This document shows, piece after piece, positions 1-7,717 of a stretch of DNA of 64,000 nucleotides. Under the pieces are notes generated by a model that was not told where the DNA came from, ran no database searches, and saw only the letters and a program-made list of their open reading frames with translations. Origin of the DNA: Acutalibacteraceae bacterium (lineage in GTDB: Bacteria > Bacillota > Clostridia > Oscillospirales > Acutalibacteraceae); assembly GCA_051881575.1 (NCBI GenBank), contig JBJEQD010000105.1:4316-68315 (forward strand), read 5' to 3'. A program made the translations under genes and the position numbers. Every line of letters begins with the position of its first letter. The stretch's first letter is position 1.

Positions 1-566
1 AACACCTCAACATATATATTTCCGAATGCCGCTTTAATATTGGCATCGGAATATTTCGAGAGAATGCTTCTTGCCTTTTCTTTTCCCGCAAACGGAGAAA
101 AATAAAACTGCAATTCTTCAAAATCAGGCTTTTCTTCTTTTATATAATCGGCTAAGCTTGTTACGGTTATCGAATTTTTTGCGTCTTTACCGTAAATCAT
201 GTGCCCCATTGCGGACAATGCTTTTCCCTGAATGATATATTCATCATGTATATGAGCGGAAATTCCGAATTTCTGCCCGGCAAATTCATTTATAAGTGAA
301 TTTCCGATATCAAACGGAACGGCTGACTCAAAAATCTTTTCTTTTGTTTTTAAATCCAAAACCGAAGCGCCGTTTGAAGTGACGGCATAGCGGATGTACG
401 GTTCTCTTTTGATTTTTTCAGGCATGCAAGTAACGGTTCTTCCCGTTGTCGGCACTATTTCAATTCCAGCTTTTGCGGCTTTCCGCAAAGCGTCGATTGT
501 TCTGTCAGAAACATGGCCACGGCCGTAAACACAGGTGCCGTCCATATCTATAGCAAGCAATCTCAT
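1..566 (-). CDS. Cof-type HAD-IIB hydrolase (3' end runs off the window)
   Basis: Hand translation from ATG at 566: MRLLAIDMDGTC...TTGR...RYAVTSNGASV (HAD motifs I/II); frame open to position 1; SD AAGGAG upstream; absent from ORF track. Confidence 0.85.
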   Translation of the reverse strand, partial: MRLLAIDMDGTCVYGRGHVSDRTIDALRKAAKAGIEIVPTTGRTVTCMPEKIKREPYIRYAVTSNGASVLDLKTKEKIFESAVPFDIGNSLINEFAGQKFGISAHIHDEYIIQGKALSAMGHMIYGKDAKNSITVTSLADYIKEEKPDFEELQFYFSPFAGKEKARSILSKYSDANIKAAFGNIYVEV

Positions 567-704
567 GGCGTACTCCTTTCGGTTATGTTTATTTAATTAT
601 ACCCGATTAATTTGCCTACTTCAATCGTCAAAATGATGCAAATGTATAATTATTAAATATGCTTTATGAACGCAGATTATCGGTGAAAAAAGCCGAAAAA
701 GCTG

Positions 705-1457
705 TTACATTATTTCATTCAAACATTCCCTGAATTTCGGGAGCCACCATTCTTTATAGCCCGCTTTGGTGGGATGAATTCTGTCAACAAGATAAAGCTT
801 TCGCTCTCCTTGCGTGATTGAGTTAATTTCTTCATCGTTCCATAAATCCAGAACGGTTATATCCCATTTTTTCTGAATCTTCAAAAGCAAATCAACCATT
901 TCGGCGTAATAATCGCTGTCATATCTTGCTTGGGTATAAAACACAACGGGGCAATCCCATGCAGACCTTGCATAAGAGATTATGTATTCAATTGCACCTG
1001 CAACGGTCAGAGTGTCAAAATCGTTCATGTCGAAGCTTTCGGAGATTTCTCCGAGCGGCATTTCCTTTGTTGCGTCGTTGGTTGAAAGCTGACAAACGAA
1101 CGCATCGGCTTTGATGCTTTTATCGATGTTTTTCAGCCTCGAAACATAGGAGTTGCTTTTAACATCAACAAGAGTTGTGCCCGAAACAGCCTCCTTAACG
1201 GCGTTTATGCCGTCGGTTTTTTCAAGATAATCCGCAAAGCTGATACCGAACGAGCCGTAGCCGTAGGTTACGGAACTGCCGAGAAAGATAACCGTTTTTC
1301 CCTTTAATGACGAATCGGCATCGGCTTTTGCACCGTTCATAGAATAATCGCCGTAGTTGCCTTTTGAAAACACGCCGAACATATTGCCCACAAAGCCTCC
1401 CGGAATCATCAATAGAATCAAAATAACCGAAATAATAATTATTGTTTTCTTTTTCAT
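705..1457 (-). CDS. SGNH/GDSL hydrolase with N-terminal membrane anchor
   Basis: FLGSSVTYG, STND and DRIHP blocks; start MKKKTIII at 1457 overlaps the upstream stop (ATGA). Confidence 0.75.
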   Translation of the reverse strand: MKKKTIIIISVILILLMIPGGFVGNMFGVFSKGNYGDYSMNGAKADADSSLKGKTVIFLGSSVTYGYGSFGISFADYLEKTDGINAVKEAVSGTTLVDVKSNSYVSRLKNIDKSIKADAFVCQLSTNDATKEMPLGEISESFDMNDFDTLTVAGAIEYIISYARSAWDCPVVFYTQARYDSDYYAEMVDLLLKIQKKWDITVLDLWNDEEINSITQGERKLYLVDRIHPTKAGYKEWWLPKFRECLNEIM

Positions 1458-2647
1458 TTCTTCACCCTGCCGTAAAGACACCTTACCGGCTCTTTCTCAA
1501 TTACCAATCCGCAGTAATTGCACATAATGCATTTAGCTTCGGGCTGGCCGTTTTTCAGCTTTGCCGCAAGGTCGGGCTCGCAGATAAACGGCCTGCACAT
1601 TGAAACATAATCCGCCTTGCCGTCGGATAAAATCTTTTGCATATCGCAGACTTTATGTATTCCGCCGACAACGATAACGGGAACCGAAACATTTTTCTTT
1701 ATTTTTGCGGCGTTTTCAACATTGAAATTTTCAAGCGGCTTCGGCTGTCTGATTAACGTATTTATCAGATTTGCGGCGGGCAATGCGATTTTATTCAGGA
1801 GCTTCGGGAACGATGCGCACGGCTCTCTGTATCTGAAAACTGCGTCCATCGGCAAATGCTCGCTTCGCATTGTGTTCATTCCGTCCTGAACCGTGCCGCA
1901 GGAAACCTCGATTGCGTCGCATCCTGCCGCTTCAAGCCGTTTGCAGATTTCAACCGAGGATTGAATATTCATTCCGCCTTTTCTGTTATCCTCGGCACTG
2001 ATTTTTATCCATACGGGGAGCTTTGTTGCGGATTTTATGCCTTTTATTATAAGCTCAACCGCTTTGCAACGGTTTTCGAGGCATCCGCCCCACCCGTCTT
2101 TTCTTCTGTTGCCGTAGGGCGAAAGAAAATCGTGAAGCAGATAACCGTGACCGCCGTGAAGCTGAACTGCGTCAAATCCCGCCTTTTCGGCTCTGACGGC
2201 AGCCGAAACAAAATCGTCGATTATGCCGTATATTTCACCATCGGAAAGCTCTTTTGCTTTGTCGGGATAAAAAGCGTGAAAAACATTCGACGGCGCAGCC
2301 TTTTGCGCCCCGATAACCTTTGACGAGGTTTGTCTGCCGCAATGGGCAATCTGGAGCACGATGGGCGTTCCATGGCTGTGAACGGCATCGGTAAGAGCTT
2401 TGTATCCGTCAATCACGCTGTCATCATAAATTTTCAGCATTCTCGGATAGGGCGAAACGCCGTTTCTGCTGACCGCCGCATAGCCCGTGATGATGCACCC
2501 GACCCCATTCTTTGCGAGATGCTCATATTTTGCAATAAGCTTGTCGCTCGGTGCACCGTTTTCGTCCGCAAGCCCGTCATGGGTTGCGCTTCGGATTATT
2601 CTGTTCTTAACTTCAATTCCCGATATTTCCGCTCGGCTGAATAGCAT
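1454..2647 (-). CDS. NADH:flavin oxidoreductase (Old Yellow Enzyme family)
   Basis: NRIIRSAT, QIAHCGR, GFDAVQLHGGHGYLLHDFLSP motifs; likely start MLFSRAE at 2647 with SD AGGGGTG. Confidence 0.9.
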   Translation of the reverse strand: MLFSRAEISGIEVKNRIIRSATHDGLADENGAPSDKLIAKYEHLAKNGVGCIITGYAAVSRNGVSPYPRMLKIYDDSVIDGYKALTDAVHSHGTPIVLQIAHCGRQTSSKVIGAQKAAPSNVFHAFYPDKAKELSDGEIYGIIDDFVSAAVRAEKAGFDAVQLHGGHGYLLHDFLSPYGNRRKDGWGGCLENRCKAVELIIKGIKSATKLPVWIKISAEDNRKGGMNIQSSVEICKRLEAAGCDAIEVSCGTVQDGMNTMRSEHLPMDAVFRYREPCASFPKLLNKIALPAANLINTLIRQPKPLENFNVENAAKIKKNVSVPVIVVGGIHKVCDMQKILSDGKADYVSMCRPFICEPDLAAKLKNGQPEAKCIMCNYCGLVIEKEPVRCLYGRVKK

Positions 2648-2675
2648 ATCTTTCACCCCTTGATTTGATGAAATA

Positions 2676-2704
2676 ATTATATAGGATGATTTCGGATAAT
2701 TCAA
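2676..2704 (-). promoter_or_regulatory. sigma-A type promoter for the OYE-SGNH operon
   Basis: TTGAAT-17-TATAAT on the minus strand. Confidence 0.5.
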
Positions 2705-2744
2705 GTGCTTGGGAAATATCAAGGCAGTTCATATTGCAAAATAG

Positions 2745-2784
2745 TGTCAATAAATGTTGACAATGAACTTAATAATGATAAAAT
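2745..2784 (+). promoter_or_regulatory. sigma-A promoter of the beta-helix gene with an overlapping inverted repeat
   Basis: TTGACA(2757)-16-TAAAAT with TG extension; TGTCAA-N6-TTGACA palindrome covers the -35. Confidence 0.5.
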
Positions 2785-2806
2785 AGACTTGACAGAGGTG
2801 TTGCAA

Positions 2807-3766
2807 ATGAAATTCTATGACATCGGGCAGGATAAAAATATTTATACAGACGGTATCCACGACGACACAAAGGCAATTCAGGCTTGTCTTGACAATATGA
2901 AAGACGGCGGAACGGTTTTCTTCCCCGACGGAACATATCTTATTTCAGCCGCCCTGATTTTTTATTCGGGTCAATGGCTGAAATTTTCCGATAATGCCGT
3001 CTTGCTTCGTTCAAAAGACAGCAATCCCGTGACAAGATATATGCTCGCTTCTTATTCGGAGGGCGATTGGTGCGGATACGACGGCACACATGACGCCGTG
3101 ATTACGGGCGGCATTTTTGACGGAAATGCGGAGCTTGACGAAAACCTGACGATTATCAACACGGTTCATTCAAAAAATATTGTTATCAGAAACTGTAGGT
3201 TTCTTCATTGCGCCAACTGGCATTGCATTGAAATCAATTCCACCGACACTGCCCGGATTGCTGACTGCGTTTTTGAGGGTGCAACATACACATCAATAAG
3301 AGAAGATCTGACAAGCGAGCTTTTGCAGATTGACGCCGCAAATCACGGCGCTTACGGCCCCGTTTACAACTGTGACGGAAAGCACATAGCGCACGCTGTT
3401 GATGACACTCCGTGCAGGAATATTTCCGTTGATTCCTGCATCTTCAAATGCGACGGTTTCCCCGGCATAGGTCACCACGGCGACGCTGAGCATCAAAACA
3501 TTAAAATTGTCAGCAATGTATTCACGGGAGCGTCGGGAAAATTCGGCAAAAGCAGAGGATATATTACTTTCACTCCGAAAGTCCACGGAGTATATGTAGG
3601 CGACAATGCTTTTATTTCTCCTGTCGAAAAAGGAATTAATAATATCGGTGTGATTGCGAATAATCCCGACAAAAAATCAATGATTGCCGAGAATAACACC
3701 TTTATCGGCAATTTCAGCGAATATTTCAAAGGCGGAATAACCGTCGGAGACAATAATGAACATTGA
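2807..3766 (+). CDS. Right-handed parallel beta-helix protein (pectate lyase-3 / GH28-like fold)
   Basis: DGIHDDTKAIQACLD...GGTVFFPDGTYLIS N-terminal motif and repeated beta-helix rungs; SD GAGGTG before ATG 2807. Confidence 0.75.
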   Translation: MKFYDIGQDKNIYTDGIHDDTKAIQACLDNMKDGGTVFFPDGTYLISAALIFYSGQWLKFSDNAVLLRSKDSNPVTRYMLASYSEGDWCGYDGTHDAVITGGIFDGNAELDENLTIINTVHSKNIVIRNCRFLHCANWHCIEINSTDTARIADCVFEGATYTSIREDLTSELLQIDAANHGAYGPVYNCDGKHIAHAVDDTPCRNISVDSCIFKCDGFPGIGHHGDAEHQNIKIVSNVFTGASGKFGKSRGYITFTPKVHGVYVGDNAFISPVEKGINNIGVIANNPDKKSMIAENNTFIGNFSEYFKGGITVGDNNEH

Positions 3767-3790
3767 TATTGCGGTTTCAGCCATAATATG

Positions 3791-3832
3791 CGGCAGCAGC
3801 CTCTGCACTTTGCAGAGACTGCTGTTTTTTTG
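3791..3832. terminator. Bidirectional intrinsic terminator between convergent beta-helix and recombinase genes
   Basis: GCAGCAGCCTCTGC-ACTTT-GCAGAGACTGCTG followed by a T run. Confidence 0.7.
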
Positions 3833-3835
3833 CTT

Positions 3836-5530
3836 TTACGCCGATTTTTTGCCCGCCTTTTCTGCAAGCTCCCTGTTCATTTCGATATATTCAGCCGCCT
3901 TTTCGTAAGCGTCATTGAATTTGAACTTAACCGTAATATTTCCGCCCTCATGGACGAGTATTTCGTCAATAAGCTCAACAACCATAGCTCTGTTGAGCGA
4001 ATCGATGTTTCCGTACTGCCTGAAGCGGGCGATAAATTCATTTCCGCCGTCAACTCCGTTTTCGTATTCCTCTGCGGTCTTTTTGAGGCTCTCTATCGTT
4101 TTGTCAATCGCTTCAATTTTATCCGTAAGATTGGTTTTCAGCGTGATATATTCCTCTTTTGAAATTATGCCGTCTTTCCAGTCGGGATACAGGTCAAGAG
4201 ACATTTTCAGGCACTTTTCACGCTCTGCAATACGGGATTTCAACATCTTCTGCAAATGCGTTGATTCTTTTTTCCTTTCCGTGCTTTTATTAATCTCCGC
4301 CAATATCTCATCGAACTCAGCGGCGGTGTCAATCATCTTTTGGAGAGTTACCAAAACGGCATTTTCAAGCTTGTCAATGCGGATTGTGTGGTTTGTGCAG
4401 GCGTTTTTGCTCATCTTTCTTGAAGTCAGGCATCTGTAATAACGGTAAGTGCCGTAAGGATGCTCGTTGGTTTTCTTGTTCATCGTTCTGCCGCAGTCGG
4501 CGCATCTGACAAGCCCCGAAAACAAATCAACCTCTTTTCTGACGGGCGAAGAACGGATATTTTTTCTGAAAAGCGACTGTGCCTTATTAAAAGTGTCTTT
4601 ATCTATAATCGGCTCATGCGTATTTTCAACAATTATCCATTCTTCTCTCGGGACGGGTCGGCATTGCTTTATTTTGTAGCTGATGGTCGTATTCTTGCCC
4701 TGCACCATGTTGCCGATATACATTTCATTCTGCAAAATGCGCCTAACGGAGCTGTCATGCCACAAGCCGTCGTTGTTTTTGCCCGTCGGGTGGCGGTAGT
4801 TAAGCCCTTTCAGCTTCTTATACATTGAGGGGTTGGGAATGCCCTCATCGTTCAAAGCTTTGGCAATGCCGATAATGCTCTGACCGGCGATAAACCTTTC
4901 AAAAATCATTCTGACAACGGGCGCAGTCTCATCATCAATAATAAGCTGATGGCGGTCATCGGGATTTTTAAGATATCCGTAAGTAGGGAATGAGCCGATG
5001 AACTTGCCCTGCGCTCTGTTAACATTCAGAGTTCCCCTGACATTCACCGATGTGGTCGCCGCAAGACTTTCGTTGATAACATTTGTAACGCCGACTGAAA
5101 TACACTGCGTTGCGGCGTTCATATTGTCAGAAGCCGTGTCAACTCCGTTGTTAAGGGCGATAAAACGAACCTTTAAGCGAACAAAAATATTGTCGAGATA
5201 ATTGCCCGCATCGGTATAATTTCGCCCGAATCTTGACAAATCCTTAACAATAACGCAGTTGACCGCTCCCGAATAGATATCCTCCATCATACGGGCAAAA
5301 CCGGGTCTGTCAAAGCTTGTGCCGCTCCAGCCGTCGTCGATATAGAAATCGTGCATTTCAATGTCGGGATGAAGCTTCAGATACTCTTTCAGAATCTCAC
5401 GCTGAGATGTGATTGAATAGCTCTCCGTTTTGTCGCCGTCCTCTCGGGACAGACGAATATAAAGAGCAGCCCTCCAGGTTTTCAAGCTCTTTTGAGGCTG
5501 CTCTGAGTAATCATTATATTTTGCATGCAT
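3836..5530 (-). CDS. Large serine recombinase (resolvase + recombinase + zinc ribbon + coiled coil, DUF4368-like C-terminus)
   Basis: YIRLSRED catalytic motif, DDGWSGTSFDRP, VKDLSRFGRN, CADCG...YYRC zinc ribbon; SD GGAGG 8 nt before ATG 5530. Confidence 0.93.
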   Translation of the reverse strand: MHAKYNDYSEQPQKSLKTWRAALYIRLSREDGDKTESYSITSQREILKEYLKLHPDIEMHDFYIDDGWSGTSFDRPGFARMMEDIYSGAVNCVIVKDLSRFGRNYTDAGNYLDNIFVRLKVRFIALNNGVDTASDNMNAATQCISVGVTNVINESLAATTSVNVRGTLNVNRAQGKFIGSFPTYGYLKNPDDRHQLIIDDETAPVVRMIFERFIAGQSIIGIAKALNDEGIPNPSMYKKLKGLNYRHPTGKNNDGLWHDSSVRRILQNEMYIGNMVQGKNTTISYKIKQCRPVPREEWIIVENTHEPIIDKDTFNKAQSLFRKNIRSSPVRKEVDLFSGLVRCADCGRTMNKKTNEHPYGTYRYYRCLTSRKMSKNACTNHTIRIDKLENAVLVTLQKMIDTAAEFDEILAEINKSTERKKESTHLQKMLKSRIAEREKCLKMSLDLYPDWKDGIISKEEYITLKTNLTDKIEAIDKTIESLKKTAEEYENGVDGGNEFIARFRQYGNIDSLNRAMVVELIDEILVHEGGNITVKFKFNDAYEKAAEYIEMNRELAEKAGKKSA

Positions 5531-5560
5531 AAGCAAAACCTCCGTTGATCCATATATACC

Positions 5561-5620
5561 AAGCGGCGGCTGCCATATATCTTACAGGATGATTATAGCA
5601 CACCGCTGCTTTATTTTCAA
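5561..5620 (-). promoter_or_regulatory. Recombinase promoter embedded in a 51-bp imperfect inverted repeat (att-like site or operator)
   Basis: Minus strand TTGAAA-17-TATAAT with TG extension; arms 5561-5580 and 5592-5611 are imperfectly complementary around an 11-bp spacer. Confidence 0.6.
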
Positions 5621-5649
5621 TTTATATCAGGCTGAAAAATAATGGCAAA

Positions 5650-5898
5650 TCAAGAAACAAAAAGTGCGCTGCTCAAAGCGCCCGAAAAATCTTTTCCGCC
5701 GCTGTATTCCACCTTTACGGCAACATCGCCCACCTTAAAAAGATAAGGATTTTTTGCCTGTTTCACAAAGCTTTCAATTCGTTCAGTCACGGGCTTTCCT
5801 CTGTCAATGTTAATGTCCCTCAAATCGGCAAGCGCACTTTTGTCGCAAAACGCTATTTCGGCGGCTTTGCATTTTTCAAGCTCCGATCGGTTAAGCAT
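5650..5898 (-). CDS. DUF6870-like small protein, recombinase-associated
   Basis: LADLRDINIDRGKPVTERIESFVKQAKNPYLFKVGDVAVKVEY pattern recognised from memory of this family; SD GAGGAG; position directly upstream of the recombinase. Confidence 0.7.
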   Translation of the reverse strand: MLNRSELEKCKAAEIAFCDKSALADLRDINIDRGKPVTERIESFVKQAKNPYLFKVGDVAVKVEYSGGKDFSGALSSALFVS

Positions 5899-5983
5899 AA
5901 AATCACTCCTCTTATAATCATGTTTGGCTATGTTTATGGATTTAATTCGATTTGTCGGACAGTAGCTGCTCTGAATTTTCCTT

Positions 5984-6035
5984 GAAAAAAAGCCCCGAAG
6001 AATGTCTCAAAACCCATGAGATGATTCTTCGGGGT
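5984..6035 (-). terminator. Intrinsic terminator of yaaL-bofA
   Basis: CCCCGAAGAAT...ATTCTTCGGGG stem with a T7 tail on the minus strand. Confidence 0.7.
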
Positions 6036-6110
6036 AATTCTATTAATTTTCGATTGATTATTTTGCGGTGTGCGTTATTCTCTTGTTATATATTATTACA
6101 TTATCTATGT

Positions 6111-6368
6111 TCATACCGCAAAAATGAAATTGAGCGCCAAGGTTCCGATAACTCCGGGCAGACCGAGCAGGGCGGCAGTTGCTATCGTATACCAATTAAC
6201 GGCAACCGTCACCCCCGTTGCAAGCCCTGCAAGGTTGACGGCGAACATTGCCGCAATCCCCTGGAGCGCCGAAAGAGCAAGGCTCGACGCCCCTTTTTCG
6301 CTTCTTATCATCCACCAAAGCACGCTCACGGCGCTGACTGCCGCCGCTGCAATAAACCAGCCGTTCAT
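6111..6368 (-). CDS. bofA: Pro-sigmaK processing inhibitor BofA family
   Basis: Hydrophobic protein with AVNLAG...VAVNWYT...LGLPGVI; follows a DUF2508 gene as in the yaaL-bofA order; start MNGWF overlaps the upstream stop (TGATG). Confidence 0.85.
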   Translation of the reverse strand: MNGWFIAAAAVSAVSVLWWMIRSEKGASSLALSALQGIAAMFAVNLAGLATGVTVAVNWYTIATAALLGLPGVIGTLALNFIFAV

Positions 6369-6649
6369 CAGATAACCTCCTTGCCGAAAACCGATATTTC
6401 GGCGCACTCGATTCCGTTCTGCTTCGCCTGCTTGATGAGATATCTGTAGAGCGCTCTGAGCGACTGAATCTCATAGATTATTGAATCAATCAAATCTTCG
6501 TTGCTCTCATTTTCAAAGCGTGCATAGGCATTCTGAAGCTTAACCGAGGTTTCTCTTATCTGTTGTAAAATGCCGTCCTGAACGGCGGGCGCAGGCTTTT
6601 TTATCCTTTCATAATAAAAAATCTTAGCCGAATCCAAAAATTTTTCCAT
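6368..6649 (-). CDS. YaaL / DUF2508 family protein
   Basis: AYARFENESNEDLIDSIIYEIQSLRALYRYLIKQAK pattern; upstream of bofA. Confidence 0.8.
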   Translation of the reverse strand: MEKFLDSAKIFYYERIKKPAPAVQDGILQQIRETSVKLQNAYARFENESNEDLIDSIIYEIQSLRALYRYLIKQAKQNGIECAEISVFGKEVI

Positions 6650-6670
6650 ATTTTCCGTCCTCCCGTAAAT

Positions 6671-6699
6671 ATTCTATAGAAATTGTTGGACAAATATGA
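6671..6699 (-). promoter_or_regulatory. Putative sigma-E (mother cell) promoter for yaaL-bofA
   Basis: TCATATT-14-TATAGAAT matches the B. subtilis sigma-E consensus; bofA is sigma-E controlled in Bacillus. Confidence 0.55.
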
Positions 6700-6748
6700 T
6701 AGAATAATACAGATTAAATACAAAACCACGGCTTTGGAGGAAAAAATA

Positions 6749-7708
6749 ATGAAATTATATCCCATAAAACTGCTCCCCTATGTTTCAGAAACGATTTGGG
6801 GCGGCAGAAAGCTGATTGAAGAATACGGAGTTAAAACCGAAAAAAAGAACGCCGCAGAGGGCTGGATGCTCTCCTGCCATGAGGCGGGAGCAAGCACGGC
6901 GGCAAACGGAGAATTTGCAGGGATGCCCCTCCCCGAAATTGTTGCAAAGCATCCCGAAATTTGCGGAAAGAACGCCGAAAAATTCGATGATTTCCCCATT
7001 CTCATCAAATTCATTGATGCAAGAGACGACCTTTCCGTTCAGGTTCATCCCACAAAGGAATATTGCGAAAAAACGGGCAGAGGTCAGAGCAAAACCGAGT
7101 GCTGGTATATCATCGACTGCGATGAGGACGCAAGACTGCTTCTCGGCTTCAAGGACAAAATAACGCCCGAACAGTTCAAGGCGGCAATTGAAAGCAACAC
7201 TCTGACCGATTATGTCAGCTCCGTCAAGGTTAAAAAGGGCGATTTCTTCTTCATTGAGTCGGGAACTCTCCACGCTATCTGTAAAGGTATATTACTTGCG
7301 GAAGTGCAGGAAAGCTCCAATACAACCTACCGAATTTATGACTATAACCGCCTCGGAAACGACGGAAAGCCAAGGGAATTGCATGTTGCCGATGCAGTTG
7401 AGGTCACAAAGCTTGAAAAATACTCTCAGCCCGATTTTTGTAAAGGCAGTTCACTTGACACGCCTGAAAGAAGGCTTCTTGCAGATTGCCCGCTTTTCAA
7501 GGTCTGGAAGCTTGAAACAGACGGAGAATTCAGCGAAAAAGCGGACGAAAGCTCCTTTGTTTCCCTGCTTGTCATGGACGGAGACGGCTCTCTTGACTGC
7601 TGTGGAGAGACCTTGCCGCTCAAAAAGGGAGACAGCATTTTCATCCCTGCGGGGGCGGGAGAATACAAGCTTTCGGGCAAGCTTGAAATAATTGAAACAA
7701 GAATTTAA
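6749..7708 (+). CDS. manA: Mannose-6-phosphate isomerase, class I
   Basis: IWGGRKL, LSVQVHP, KTECWY, GTLHAI, EVQESSNTTYRIYDY; SD GGAGG before ATG 6749. Confidence 0.9.
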   Translation: MKLYPIKLLPYVSETIWGGRKLIEEYGVKTEKKNAAEGWMLSCHEAGASTAANGEFAGMPLPEIVAKHPEICGKNAEKFDDFPILIKFIDARDDLSVQVHPTKEYCEKTGRGQSKTECWYIIDCDEDARLLLGFKDKITPEQFKAAIESNTLTDYVSSVKVKKGDFFFIESGTLHAICKGILLAEVQESSNTTYRIYDYNRLGNDGKPRELHVADAVEVTKLEKYSQPDFCKGSSLDTPERRLLADCPLFKVWKLETDGEFSEKADESSFVSLLVMDGDGSLDCCGETLPLKKGDSIFIPAGAGEYKLSGKLEIIETRI

Positions 7709-7717
7709 GGATTAAAT

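Noticed and set aside
2700-3835. Invertible segment carrying the beta-helix gene
   Set aside because: No matching inverted repeats found on both sides; the only downstream palindrome is a terminator
2650-6110. skin-like element interrupting a sporulation gene
   Set aside because: bofA, yaaL and the OYE gene look complete; no split reading frame or paired att repeats were found by eye
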